Source: Eledone cirrhosa (Eukaryota). Taken from it: 64,000 nt of DNA. Location: the NCBI GenBank assembly GCA_964016885.1, contig OZ024743.1, forward strand, positions 301,444,001-301,508,000, in the 5' to 3' direction. Positions 1 to 12,781 of the stretch are shown here, one piece after another (within the stretch, counting starts at the first letter, position 1; every line of letters starts with the position of its first letter). The position numbers were made by a program, and so were the translations under genes. The notes beneath the pieces were generated by a model, which was given only the letters and a program-made list of their open reading frames with translations, was not told where the DNA came from and did not search any database.

Positions 1-69
1 TTCATACTCTCTATTATATACTACTGAATATGAATATTTACTGGTGTATTTCTTAGCCATACCATCTAT

Positions 70-70
70 C

Positions 71-135
<65 letters not shown>

Positions 136-186
136 TGTGTTGTTGTTGTTGTTGTGGTGGTGGTGGTCGTGGTGATGCTGGTGGCG

Positions 187-225
<39 letters not shown>

Positions 226-351
226 TGAGGTTGAGGAGGTGGTTGTGGGGGGGGGAGTAAGGGATTCAGGCAGAAATAGAAGAACAAGAATAATAATAAA
301 GATAATAATAATAATAATAATAATAATAGTAATAATAATAATAATAATAAA
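70..351. repeat. Compound trinucleotide microsatellite (TAG)n/(GTT)n/(GTG)n/(TAA)n
   Basis: Directly visible; it explains the spurious poly-T/L/Y ORFs at 66-422 and 70-387. Confidence 0.95.
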
Positions 352-1218
352 TAGACCAGGGGATGTCCAAGGAGGAAATAACAACAAGGAGAAAGAGCAG
401 CCTTCATGAAAAATTCCTTCATATTACCTTCTTTGAGGAAACTGAATTCAGAGATCCACAGACATGGAACTGGTTGAAAAGAGGTGACCTTAAAAAGGCT
501 ACAGAAGGAATGCTAAAGGCTGTGCAAGAGCAGGCCCTCAAAACGAAATGGTTGAAAGACCATATTTACAAGGAATCAGGCTAGCCCACTGTGCAGGATC
601 TGTGGAGAGAGAGAGGAGACTGTGGTTCACATTGTATCCGAGTGTAAACACCTATCCCAGACTAACTATAAAGGCTGGAGACATGATGTGATGGGCAGAG
701 TGATCCACTGGCACCTATGCAAAGTAAACAATTTACCAATTTACCACAATCTGAGAAGTGGTATGAGCATAATCCAGAGTTGGTGATAGAAAACGATCAG
801 GTGAAGGTGCTGTGGGATTTTAGGATACAGACGGACAAGAAACAGGAACACAATAGACCTGACCTGGTGGTTTTGGACAAGGAGAAAAGATCGTGCCTGA
901 TTGCGGATGTGGCCTGCCCATTTGACACGAGAGTGCAAGAGAAGGAGAGGGAGGAAATTAACCGATACCAGGACTTAAAGTGGGAGGTAAAAAGGATTTG
1001 GAACTGCCATGAAATCAAAGTGGTCGCGATTGGCATAGGCGCACTAGGTACTATCTCAAAAGGTTTCCAGGGATGGTTAAAGAAAATTGGCCCCGACACG
1101 CTTTTTGGAACGCTTCAAAATGCATGCTTGCTGGGAACAACAAGAACCATCCGATACGTCCTGAATATCTGAGGCTGCAGGTAGTGGCTTGATATTCATT
1201 TCAACAAACTTTCCAGTT
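352..1218 (+). mobile_element. 5'-truncated R4/Dong-clade non-LTR retrotransposon (family A), with nonsense and frameshift lesions
   Basis: Closely matches ~5065-5921 of the intact copy (GDLKKATEGML, CRICGEREETV.HIVSEC, HNRPDLVV, 3'UTR gaggctgcaggtagtggcttgata). Preceded by (TAA)n. Confidence 0.92.
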
Positions 1219-2410
1219 GACTAGGAAAGAAGTAGGACGTGGGTTAATCCAGTTAGACATTGCGTTGAAAACTGCAACAATTGGATTGTCCACATATCTA
1301 AGGGAATCACATGATTGGATGATCAAACTCGTTTTGAAACACGAAAGCACCAAAAGATCATATTACATTACAAAAGATGCACAAAGATACAGTAATGGAC
1401 TACACATTTCAGAAGTCCCATTTACTGCTGAAATGGAAAACACAGAAAAAGTAAAGCAGGTAAAAGTAACTGCAAAGAAAGAACTGCTACAGAAACTGGC
1501 TAAGAAATGGCAAGATAAGCCTCTGTATGGAAAATACCCAGAGCGAGCTAACAATCCTGATGTTGACAAAACTTTAACCCATCAGTGGTTGGCATCCTCT
1601 GGACTGAAATCGGAGACTGAAGGACTGATTATATCCGCACAAGATCAGTGTCTGCCAACAAAAAATTACCAAGCCAACATAATAAAAAATGGGTGCAGCC
1701 CATTATGCCGTGTATGCTAAAAACAACCAGAGACCATTGACCATATAATTTCAATGTGCAGTCCTATAGCTCCAACCGAATACCTAAACAGGCATGACAG
1801 AGCTGCACAATACATACATTGGATAATGTGTAAGCATTTTGACCTGCCCCATCAAAAGAATTGGTGGGAGCATCAACCACCTCCCATACTTGAAAACGAT
1901 CACATCTCAATCTTGTGGAACTTTAGCATCCAAACAGACCGAAATATAGATGCAAATAGACCTGATATAATATTGAAGGACTTTCAAAGGAGGGTATGCC
2001 TGCTAATTGATATGTCTGTTCCAATAGACAAGAATGTATCTATAAAAACATTTGAAAAATTGAGCAAGTATAAGGACCTGGAGATAGAAATTGGAAAAAT
2101 GTGGAAATTGAGAACTAAAACAATACCAGTGGTTGTAAGCGCTCTGGGAATGATACCTAAGGGGTCTAACGACTACTTATCGCAAATCCCAGGAAACCCG
2201 CGTATAGGAGAAATACAAAAGATAGTACTAATGGGAACTGCCCATATACTATGAAGATCCTGTCAATATAAGTACATCACATGTCTAGACACTAAGGATG
2301 CATGTGTGAATATCTATGTTCTTTCTTGAACATGGCGGACCTTGTTGTCTCTTGAGGTCACTAGTTGTGACTTGGTGATAACTCGTATGAACATAAAGCA
2401 AGATAAATGC
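1217..2410 (+). mobile_element. 5'-truncated R4/Dong-clade element, a distinct family B (RT C-terminus, CCHC, RLE, 3'UTR)
   Basis: ORFs 1217-1720 and 1754-2254 show RKEVGRGL, GLKSETEGLIISAQDQ, CRVC*..ETIDHI..C, ANRPDII, K..KYKDLEIEI. Followed by (TAA)n at 2412-2477. Confidence 0.9.
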
Positions 2411-2420
2411 AAATAATAAC

Positions 2421-2477
<57 letters not shown>

Positions 2478-2478
<1 letters not shown>

Positions 2479-5400
2479 GTGAGATGGAGTCTAGAACGTC
2501 ATGTGACAGACTCTTACCCAACAGGTGCCCCCTGGCTCAGCAGCAGGAACCTGACTGTCAACCAAATACTGCTGATGTTGGAGGAAGGAGAAGAAGGAAA
2601 GGGGCCAAAACCAACTGGACGAAAGAATTGAATAGAACTGTTATGCAATGTTACCTGAAAAGTAACCCCAAGGAGAGGGGCTACAGGAGACGGATGCATA
2701 ACATCTGGAACGAGATTGGTTTATTTAAATTAGATGGACAAAAATTGGCCGGGCAGGCTCGGGTAATAAGAACTAATGGATGGATAAGCGAGCTGGAACT
2801 GGAGGAACTGAGCAGAGAGAATGGCTTGGAGATGGCGGGTGTAGTATGCCAGACAAGCGAGCCAGTGGGAAATGAAGGTGAAGAGGTCCTGAGAACGGAG
2901 GAACCACCCGAAGCAGACAATGATCTGAATACTGAGATAAATAATACCTGGAACAGAGATACGGCCACTGAGGAGATGAATGCTGACGGGCTAGGACAAG
3001 ATTCGGTTGACATCCTAAATTTAGTGGTAGATGAATTGAACAATGATAGTGGGAGACCTATGAACCTAAGATTTGTAGACAGGAAAATGTTAAAAGAAAC
3101 AACAGCTAAGGTAAACAAAGTCATCCCATACCTTGAGGCGAGGAGCCTTCACCAGTGCAACAATATCCTCAAAGCAACAGCAAATACGGTGAGGAAACTA
3201 CTTGGTATAAAAGCGAGAGGAAACAACAGACAAGAAAGAGCAGAGCCGTGGTGGAAGAAGCGACTGAGTGGGCAAATCGGGGAAATGAGAAATGACATAG
3301 GAAAGCTTGAGTCACTACTGAATGGGACACTAAAAAACATAGGCACTAAAAATAGACTGGAAATAAAATACAAAAATAGGAGTAAAAAGCTAAATATTAT
3401 CATAGAGGAACTGAAGCAACGCATTGTAGCAAAGAGTGCAAAAATCAGGCGATACGAGAACAGAGTCAGTCAGTATAAACAGAACCGCATGTTCGACAAC
3501 AACCAGAAGATGTTGTTTGGACAGCTTGAGGGGAAAGAAAGAGGCAACGACTTGATCCCTGGGGCGGAGCAAACTAAAACATTCTGGAGAGGAATATGGG
3601 AGCAGGATGTTAGACACAATGCCCAGGCAGGGTGGATTGAGACAGTACAGAGGGAGATCGGTGAGCAGGCACAACAACAAACTGAGTTGAGTATCACAGT
3701 TGAAACTCTTAAGGGGCAGGCCAAAAAACTAACCAACTGGAAATCACCAGGCCCAGATGGTGTGCAGGGGTATTGGATTAAACATTTAACATCCCTCCAC
3801 CCGAAGCTGACGGCCATGTTCAATGACTGCTTGGTGTCGGGTGAGGTGCCAGAGTGGTTGACAAAAGGTACCACAGTTCTGATAATGAAAGACCGAATCA
3901 AGGGTAATGATGTTACCAACTATAGACCTATCACATGTCTGTCCGTAATGTGGAAACTGTTGACGAGCATTGTGTCTGAGGAAATCTACCATCACCTCCA
4001 CACAAACAACTTGTTACCGGACGAACAGAAAGGATGCCGAAAGAAGTCGCGTGGTACAAAGGAGCAGTTACTTATTGATAAGATGGTAATGGGGAATTGC
4101 AGGAGGAGACACACTGATCTTGCCATGGGATGGATAGACTACAGAAAGGCATTTGACATGGTGCCCCATTCCTGGATCACCAAAAGCCTGGAGATCTTCA
4201 AGGTGGCAGATAACATCAGACAGTTGCTAGGCAGGAGTATGGGGTCCTGGGAGACAGAGTTGACATCAACTGGAGTATCCTTGGGAAGCGTGAAGATCAA
4301 GAGAGGTATCTTCCAGGGAGATAGCCTGTCCCCTCTGTTGTTTGTCCTTGCCCTGATGCCCTTGACCATTATGCTGCGAAAAGTGAGAGCAGGATACAAG
4401 TTGGGAAGGGGAGAGCTTACCATCAATCACCTCCTCTTCATGGACGATCTTAAGCTCTTCGGGAAAAGTGACAAGGAGTTGGATGTGCTTGTTGACACTG
4501 TCCGTATTTTCAGCAGTGATATATGTATGCAGTTTGGTATTGGTAAATGTGGAGTCATTGTGATGAAGAGAGGTAGGTTGAGCAGAAGTAACGGGCTCCA
4601 GATACCAACAGGTGAGATGATAAAGGAAATTGACTCTGAGGAAGGATACAAGTATTTGGGCATTCTGGAGGCTGATGGCATAAAGAACAAAAAAATGAAG
4701 GAATTGTTAAGAACTGAATACCTTCGGAGAGTAAGGAGCGTATTGAAGTCACATCTGAACAGCAGAAATGCCATAAGCGCAGTAAATTCCCGAGCTGTGT
4801 CTATTATTAGGTACAGTGCGGGAATTCTGAGATGGAATGTTGCTGAACAAAAAGAAATGGATAGGAAGACTAGGAAGCTATTGACTATCTACAACATGTT
4901 CCACAAGAGGAGTGATGTCGATAGACTCTACCTAAGGAGATCTGAGGGTGGAAGAGGTCTTATCAGCATAGAGGACTGTGTTCAGATGGAGAAAAACAAC
5001 CTATACAAATACGTGACCTATAGTAAGGAGCCAATGCTCAGAACTGTACTGAAGGAGGGGACAGTAGGCCAGGGGATGTCCAAGGAGGAAATAACATCAA
5101 GGAGGAAGAGGAGCCTTAAGGGAAAATCCCTTCATAGTACCTTCTTTGAGAAAACTGAATTTAGAGATCCACAGACATGGAACTGGTTGAGAAGAGGAGA
5201 CCTCAAAAAGGCTACAGAAGGAATGCTAATGGCTGCGCAGGAGCAGGCCCTCAAAACGAAGTGGTTGAAGCACCATATCTACAAGGAGGAGGCTAGCCCA
5301 CTGTGCAGGATCTGTGGAGAGAGAGAGGAGACTGTGGCTCACATTGTGTCCGAGTGTAAACACCTAGCCCAGACCCACTATAAGGGCTGGAGACACGATG

Positions 5401-5950
5401 TGGTGGGCAGGGTGATCCACTGGCACCTGTGCAAAGTAAACAATTTACCACATTCTGAGAAATGGTATGAGCATAGGCCAGAGGCGGTGATGGAGAACAA
5501 TCAGGTGAAGGTGCTGTGGGATTTTAGGATACAGACGGACAAAAAACTGGAACACAATAGACCTGACCTGGTGGTTGTGGACAAAGAAAAAAGATCGTGT
5601 CTGATTGTGGATGTGGCCTGCCCGTTCGACACGAGAGTGCAAGAGAAGGAGAGGGAGAAAATTAACCGATACCAGGACCTAAAGTGGGAGGTGAAAAGGA
5701 TCTGGAACTGCCATGAAGTCAAAGTGATCCCGATTGTCATAGGCGCACTGGGGACTATCTCCAAAAGTTTCCAGGGATGGTTAAAGAAAATCGCCCGCTT
5801 CACGCTTTTTGGAACGCTTCAAAAGGCATGCTTGCTTGGAACAGCAAGAACCCTCCGATACGTCCTGAATATCTGAGGCTGCAGGTAGTGGCTTGATACT
5901 CAATCCAACGGACTTTCCAGTTAACCAACATCAATGACTGAGATTCAAGG
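2478..5950 (+). mobile_element. R4/Dong-clade element, family A, inserted in a (TAA)n tract; 5'UTR essentially absent
   Basis: (TAA)n on both sides, with a short 3'UTR at 5877-5950. Dong elements are known to target TAA repeats. Confidence 0.88.
2484..5876 (+). CDS. Intact single ORF of R4/Dong-clade retrotransposon: N-terminal domain, reverse transcriptase, CCHC knuckle, restriction-like endonuclease
   Basis: 1130 aa uninterrupted. Motifs: WKSPGPDG, NYRPITCL, WIDYRKAFDMVPH, GIFQGDSLSP, HLLFMDDLKL, YKYLG, CRICGEREETVAHIVSEC, NRPD...D...EREKINRY. N-terminal WTKELNRTVMQCY..S.P..RGY is R4/Dong-like. Confidence 0.95.
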   Translation: MESRTSCDRLLPNRCPLAQQQEPDCQPNTADVGGRRRRKGAKTNWTKELNRTVMQCYLKSNPKERGYRRRMHNIWNEIGLFKLDGQKLAGQARVIRTNGWISELELEELSRENGLEMAGVVCQTSEPVGNEGEEVLRTEEPPEADNDLNTEINNTWNRDTATEEMNADGLGQDSVDILNLVVDELNNDSGRPMNLRFVDRKMLKETTAKVNKVIPYLEARSLHQCNNILKATANTVRKLLGIKARGNNRQERAEPWWKKRLSGQIGEMRNDIGKLESLLNGTLKNIGTKNRLEIKYKNRSKKLNIIIEELKQRIVAKSAKIRRYENRVSQYKQNRMFDNNQKMLFGQLEGKERGNDLIPGAEQTKTFWRGIWEQDVRHNAQAGWIETVQREIGEQAQQQTELSITVETLKGQAKKLTNWKSPGPDGVQGYWIKHLTSLHPKLTAMFNDCLVSGEVPEWLTKGTTVLIMKDRIKGNDVTNYRPITCLSVMWKLLTSIVSEEIYHHLHTNNLLPDEQKGCRKKSRGTKEQLLIDKMVMGNCRRRHTDLAMGWIDYRKAFDMVPHSWITKSLEIFKVADNIRQLLGRSMGSWETELTSTGVSLGSVKIKRGIFQGDSLSPLLFVLALMPLTIMLRKVRAGYKLGRGELTINHLLFMDDLKLFGKSDKELDVLVDTVRIFSSDICMQFGIGKCGVIVMKRGRLSRSNGLQIPTGEMIKEIDSEEGYKYLGILEADGIKNKKMKELLRTEYLRRVRSVLKSHLNSRNAISAVNSRAVSIIRYSAGILRWNVAEQKEMDRKTRKLLTIYNMFHKRSDVDRLYLRRSEGGRGLISIEDCVQMEKNNLYKYVTYSKEPMLRTVLKEGTVGQGMSKEEITSRRKRSLKGKSLHSTFFEKTEFRDPQTWNWLRRGDLKKATEGMLMAAQEQALKTKWLKHHIYKEEASPLCRICGEREETVAHIVSECKHLAQTHYKGWRHDVVGRVIHWHLCKVNNLPHSEKWYEHRPEAVMENNQVKVLWDFRIQTDKKLEHNRPDLVVVDKEKRSCLIVDVACPFDTRVQEKEREKINRYQDLKWEVKRIWNCHEVKVIPIVIGALGTISKSFQGWLKKIARFTLFGTLQKACLLGTARTLRYVLNI

Positions 5951-5959
5951 AATAACAAC

Positions 5960-6043
<84 letters not shown>

Positions 6044-6067
6044 AAGAAGAAGAAGAAGAAGAAGAAG

Positions 6068-6105
<38 letters not shown>
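5951..6105. repeat. (AAT)n(AAG)n(AAC)n compound microsatellite
   Basis: Directly visible. Confidence 0.95.
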
Positions 6106-6106
<1 letters not shown>

Positions 6107-6929
6107 TTCATTACGATAGTGATGATGAGGATTAAGATGATGATGATTATGAAAGAAACAGGACAAAAATAAGATTGAAGAACGATGGGAGAAAATGGAA
6201 AAGAAAGAAGAGAACATAAAGATGAAGAATTTAAACTAGAACAATGGAAAAGAGAATCCACAAGAAAAAAGGATATGTGAATTGAAAATGTAACGTAAAC
6301 TAAGTTGAAGATAGGAAGACTCGAAAAATCAAACAATAAAAGTGGTAATACAGCTGAGAATATATTTAAAGAAAATAACACATGCAACATAATATAACAG
6401 ACGAAACATTATAAAAGCGAAATGAAGTTGCAAACTCACTATTGCTTTTGTTTCTTCTAAGGAACTCACCTGCAAAACAAAGAAGAAAATTATCAAATGA
6501 TGCTTACTTATACACATGATGCGGTTTCATAAATACACAGCTTGATATTTCTAAAGAAAACATGCTATGCTCTTATAAGGATAATATTTTCACAAATATG
6601 AAATCAACGATACTGGATGGAACTCCGTCGGTTTCAACAAGAATACTCCAGTTCTTCAAACTTGCTCATGAAATTGATGTGTGTTTTGCTGAAGTGTGAC
6701 ACTTTATGTGATATGGTTTGTCCATTGAATTAGATGTGCAGTTTATCCAACAGATTTCCAAATAGATTTCTCCCTCAGGCTTCAATCTGAAGACATGTGT
6801 TTACCCGAAGCTACGTTAGATATCACATGCTCACGACACAGCGCATTGGGATTGAACTCCGCAGTTAATGATAAAGAAAATAAACACTTCGTTTGGTCGC
6901 CGCAGGTTAACCTACCCAGCTCGAGCCAA

Positions 6930-7290
6930 CAAGACTCGTGAAAGATGACAGTGGGAGGCCTGCGTCAATGAATATAATCCCGTTGCACGGTGTTTGGCAC
7001 ATTACGTATGATGTGACATGTAGCGACACTTCCATATGCGGCAACAACGGACCAGTCTTCACAGCACGTCATGCAAACGAAGTCAAACTATCGATTTCGG
7101 ATACGTTTGTGGTCAAGCCTGGGGCAGTGGATTACGTCTGTCATACCCTGGCCCACGGACCACATGTCTACTCATGCCATCAAGGTGGTGTTAGCTATCC
7201 ACAAGAGAAAGCCCCGAGTGTTTGTGGGGCTATTCCAGCGTATCTCCAGCGCCATCCTCTATTGGCAGGACCATGACGCCTTTTAACATA
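6930..7290 (+). pseudogene. Degenerate C-terminal restriction-like endonuclease of a CRE-clade non-LTR retrotransposon
   Basis: DDSGRPASMNIIP..TYDVTCSDT..KPGAVD plus frame-shifted LFQRISSAI resemble the CRE pattern DGxRPDGxTxxPW..WDVTCxDT..PxAVET..LFQRxSxA. Confidence 0.55.
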
Positions 7291-7521
7291 TAAACAATGA
7301 GGAGTTACCATTGGGTGTTTGTTCATGCCGTAAGCATACACCGCAGATTGTATAGAGCTTCATACCTTTGTTAAGTTAAACAGCTGTTCAGGTACCATTC
7401 TTAACTAATTGGCAATGTTGCGTAAAATTCTCCGATAATAAGAAGCACATAAATATACGTGCACATACGTATATCCATATATGCACACACACAACGCAAG
7501 CACACATATGTATATAGATCC

Positions 7522-7580
<59 letters not shown>

Positions 7581-7744
7581 TGTGTATATGTGTGTGTGAG
7601 TATGTATGTGTGGGTGTGTGTTTTAAAATATTCTAGGGTGCAGATGAAAGCCTATACTGTATGTTTACATAAATTATACACATGCGTAGTCTCACTAACA
7701 CGAATAAATATTTTTTCGCAACGAATATTTGATAAGTTTATCCA

Positions 7745-7831
7745 TTTTCATCCTTAAGGGGTCGATAAAATAAAGTACCAGTAATGCACTGGGTAATTGC
7801 TGGCCTTGTGCCAAAAGTAGAAACAATTATT
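7745..7831 (+). mobile_element. SINE fragment (MetaSINE-like core plus 3' part)
   Basis: tttcatccttanggggtcgataaaataaagtaccagtaatgcactgggtaattgctggccttgtgccaaaagtagaaacaatta, recurring 8 times in the window. Confidence 0.8.
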
Positions 7832-8528
7832 GATTCATCAATTCTAGTAGTACTAGCATGAGAATTAGAGATAAGGATGCATATGAAATGATGGAATTGG
7901 AACCTCATTTCACTTTAATGAAGCCAGCTATTTGAAAGAGATATAAATTGAGAAAAAATAGAGAAACATTGAGGTAGAGTTATAGCTTCTAATCATGGGG
8001 TAGCTAGGATTATAATCAAAACATGGTTTTATGTTTTTGTGTTTGCAGTTGAATATGTTATCCTGTCTTGGATATGGTATCCTATATCGATTTCTAGTAC
8101 TTCCATCGCACACAGATCACATTCTTTTCTTTCATGTTTCTAGAGCTGGGATAATCATAGAATGGACCACGAGAGCTTATATACTCTGTTTTCGGTTTTT
8201 AATTCCTTTAATTGTCTAGTCAACTTTGTAAACTTTTAAAGCTCCGAATTTTTAAACGAAATTGTACGCAAATACCATTTTCTATGAAGTGGACTCCACA
8301 TATCTATGCATCCCATATCTTGATGTAATTTCCCATTGGTACACAATTCTGCCAATCATGCATTTACCCGATTGGGGAGGTATAGGGTTTTATGTGGTTA
8401 TAATGTAATAATAATGCATGTTGGTTAAAATGTGTCTAATTAAATATGTTTTTCCGATTCATCCTTGTTTATTTTTCATAACACCCACTCACATACACAC
8501 CCACACTCAAACATACACACACGCACAT

Positions 8529-8577
<49 letters not shown>

Positions 8578-8578
<1 letters not shown>

Positions 8579-8613
8579 CTTCTTATGAAGGACTAGCGTC
8601 CGAAACGTTAAGA
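8578..8613 (+). ncRNA. Minimal type I hammerhead relic (core CUUAUGA, G5 mutated)
   Basis: tctt-CTTATGA-a-ggac-tagc-gtcc-GAAA-cg-TT-aaga; stems I, II and III all pair. Confidence 0.6.
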
Positions 8614-8782
8614 CCCTCTTCCTGCTATTTCAAGCGTTAACCTAATATATTCCTTCCATATAGTGTACCGATTGTGTTGTTATTTCTATTTACCTTTTAC
8701 ACACACACACATACAGACCCACACACACGCACACACATACACACACACACATACACGCACATACACATACATACACACACAC

Positions 8783-8977
<195 letters not shown>

Positions 8978-8984
8978 TTATATA

Positions 8985-11900
8985 CTAGCAGAGGCATTCC
9001 AGCGTTTCTCTGGAATTAAATGTTCTCTTATATATTAGAAGAATAAATTAAAAGATGTTGTATAGAAATTTGTTATTCTAAATTCCGTTTATACTTCACT
9101 TTAGTTACATGATGAAATCAATTCTGAATTCATAATACAAAATAAAAATTATTAAAAAACGAAAATACAAAATTTACCTCTGTTATGCAGGGAGATAAAT
9201 GCTATCACATATGTTGAAGGAGACTAAGTAAGAGCTTCTGGGTAAACAACATTCTTTGTTTTCCGGTCTGGTGCATAGACAAAAAAGTCTTGTAAATTAA
9301 CTACACTGGAGCAACCAACATAAAGTTGACCGTGAGAAAAGCAAGGCTCAATTAAGTGCAAGCCAGTAGATTTCAAAGTCTGACCTTGAGCTTTATCGCC
9401 AGGCATCGCGAAGCAAAGTCGCACTGGGAATTGTGTTTGTTTAAACTCAAATATCTGTTGGTTTGATTGGAATTCTTGGAATGTGATAGCTTCGCCACAG
9501 GCATATCCAGTGATGATGGTAGCTACTCTCATTAGGTTATAATGTCTTCACCATCAACATTTGCTCATTGCATAATTTAGGAAGATCTAAATTCTTTCGA
9601 AGCATTATTGGGAAAATGTTTATGTGGAGGAGTTCCAGGTGGCTAAAGACAATTAAGGAACTATATTATCAAGTGAACAGGTTGATTTTCAGCAAGTACT
9701 GAATCAACATATTTGTACTCATTAATGATTGTTGGAATCTTATTCATCAATTCATGGTTAATCCTTGCTAGTGTGTCATTTTCTGGAGCAATAATTGCCC
9801 TTTCACACAACCATTTATGTGAATTCTAATTATTATTTAAATCTAGTCTGGAAATACCATGTTCTTCAATTCAGCTGGGGAATTCACCATGATAGCAATA
9901 TCAGACAAATTGATATAACCATTGGTACTTTCCCACTTCGTAATTGGAGCAGTTTGGTTGAAAATTGTTCTGCATATTAGTCCCCCTGTAATAAAGCTCG
10001 CGTGGTATTACTGAAGGAGAATCTCTGTACTTTATTTATATCTCTGTACTAAAGCAGCTGCTCCCTTAGGTGTCCTGTGGGGTCTTATCAAAAGCTTCCG
10101 TTGTACCTCTATGTTAGATGGAGGATTCATCCCAAATGTCCAGGTGGCATAGGCGCAACACTTATGCTGAACCTGAACATTTGCTTATGTTACAAATTGC
10201 TCATTTGTGAATAGGTTTAGCGAGAATTTAACAGCAAAATGAGCTATTCGTCCTCCTAGGAGAAATGTGGCAGTAATGTCAGACGATGCTACAGCAACTG
10301 CAATTCATGTTTGTTGCCTTACCTTAGAGAGAAGCAATGTTGTTACACATGTTTTACCTGTGCTACCAGGAGCATCCAGAAAAAAACTTCCTCTACTTTT
10401 TTTCTCTAAATGACGAAATAATTTTATCATATGTACAATTTTGTTCTGGAAGAAGTTAAGGTTCATGTTCATTCACAAATGCAGCCAGTTCTGTGATGTC
10501 ATAATTTGTCTCTCGTGCTATGTCTCTTTAATTTAAAACACTAACTTGGTGGTTTGTGTTTAGCAGTGCAGAATCAGATTCTTGCAATTGTTTGTCTCCC
10601 ATGGCCAAAACTTGACCCTCAATCTTAATCAGTCCTCGGTTGAATGTTTTTTCAGAGAACTGAATATTGCCTCGGTTTGCCTGCATAATTTAAATCCTCA
10701 GCCATGTTCTCACCATGTTTCATTCAAATCTGTATGGGACTGCCAAGTTCACTCATGTTCAGCATAATTGCAAAAGGTTACGGAGAATCTTTGGAGAATC
10801 TTACACTGATGGTTCAGTCAATGCAATTTCCCTATGCTCATAATTGATAGCATGCTTTCCTATAAGTTTCACACACATGACCATTTACCTCCTCAAATTT
10901 TTGAATGATTTCAGACCACGTAATTCATGCAAAAGGAGCCGTAAGTAATAGCATTCTGCTTGACTTGAGTGGTCACTGTAGGATTTTGCAAGAGCGTCAG
11001 CCCCATCGTTTCCTCTTGTGTCATTTATTGTTTCTCCATGTGTAATCCTTGGGTAATTCTAGGCAAAGGAGTTTTCCTGCACCTTCATCTTTTTGACACA
11101 ATTTAAAAAAGGCAGTAAGGGTAGTTTCCTTTGGAGAAAGTGCTTGTTGCAAGGGTGTTTGCTTTGTAAAGATAACCCATTAGCCATTCTTTAGATGCCT
11201 TTCATGAATGGGAAAATTGAAGATGCGCACAAAAGCGTCATTTCTCCTGATGTATATCCCTCTCTCATACTGTGCAATTCCACCATTTTTGTTTATCTGC
11301 TGACGGCCATTCTACATAAGAGTGTATGTTGCAGCATCATAACCTTTGTATTCCTATTTGCTGGATATTTGATGGATATTTGATGGATATTGAAGTCTCT
11401 AAATATTTAAAGCTAAGCATAGCATTCCAAGCAGCTTACTGTTTTTTGTCAGTGCAGGAGCTCTTGTTATAAGATCTTTTTTTTTCATACCAAAGTGATA
11501 TCCATCTTGGCCAAATTCACAGATTATTGCTTGCTGTTGTGCATAGTAAGATCGGTGGTTTGCATTTATCCGCTGCATCCTATTTCCTCTTCCTTGAATA
11601 AAAAATATATTTCTTGACATACCCGGCGCCTGAAATAATTGCTACTGCTTCATTTGCGACTTGGGCAATGTAGCGTCATTTGTGATCAGCAACAGGCTTC
11701 TTGTCGGCATCAATAATCATGTTGTATTCAGTGGGTGGTGCAGATTCTAATGTATGCTTGAAGCTTCTGATGCAGCTATTGTATGCATGCAACATATCTT
11801 GCAGATCAAAGATTATTCATCCTTTCAACTTTGGAAGGTTAAATTACCTTAAAAGCCTGCTCCTTGTAATTTTCCACAACATATAGCTGTAAAGATCCAA

Positions 11901-12200
11901 GAGAATGGTATACTTGATCTTGAACCTTAAAAGTTGGCTTCATGTTCCCTTCTCTTATACATGTGCTACTAAAGGAGCTCATTTGGAAAGCAGAATTATA
12001 ATTCCTAATGTCTTTCAAGAAGTGCATGCTACTTGTGTTTCCCAAAAGCAATGACGGTAAAATAACCGTTCCTTCCCGGTACCACTGCATTATCTTTCCC
12101 ATGTCTTTCCTTCACAAAAACTGCACTCTGTTGACATTGCTCCAATATCAATCAATTTAACTCTAGACTAATTAAGTCCTGTTGTGTTTTATGTCTACGC
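8985..12200 (-). mobile_element. Degenerate autonomous-type Helitron (Rep/PIF1-like helicase)
   Basis: On the minus strand the 3' end is hairpin ttccag-agaaacg-ctggaa then CTAG|T at 8985. Helicase C-terminus QFPVRLCFAM..KAQGQTL..FSHGQLYVG (9224-9532); Walker A LDAPGSTGKT (~10350-10380); Rep N-terminus IRNYNSAFQMSSF..FKVQDQVYH (11839-12102). 5' end not located. Confidence 0.9.
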
Positions 12201-12496
12201 CATTTTCATTTTCCTAAAAAAGGTGCAGTCATACAATACAACAGGAGGAACATAATAGTACCACTGATGTTGTTGCAGATGTGCAAATAAAGAACTTTGT
12301 TAGACTATATATATGTGTTTATATCCTTATTATATCTGTATTGTTGACTGTTGTCCAAACAATGGTAAACATTGAGGACCAAATTAATTAACTGTGGATA
12401 TATAAAAGATACAGAAGCGAAAACCAACCAAACATTGAGTGTATTCTGTTATTATTTCTGGCAATATTATTACAACAATATGACCCTCCCAAGTAT

Positions 12497-12549
<53 letters not shown>

Positions 12550-12781
12550 TATATTAGAATTGGTGCTCTGAAATAGCGATATATATATGAATGTATATAT
12601 ATTGTATTTTGCAATACACTGTATGCTTAATTAAAAGCATTTGGAAGAACTTACGCTAATCTTTTAGAGTAGTGATATTCTCACTTACTTTAATTTTCAG
12701 CAAACAAGGGAGATAAAGCTGACAGAGCTCTGTGCCGCACTTTTTGGTGCTTACCAAAGCTAAGTACTCCGTCTGTAACGT

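Noticed and set aside
2397-2483. Poly-Asn N-terminal extension of the Dong ORF through the (AAT)n tract
   Set aside because: The frame is open but has no start codon after the stop at 2394-2396; it is target-site DNA.
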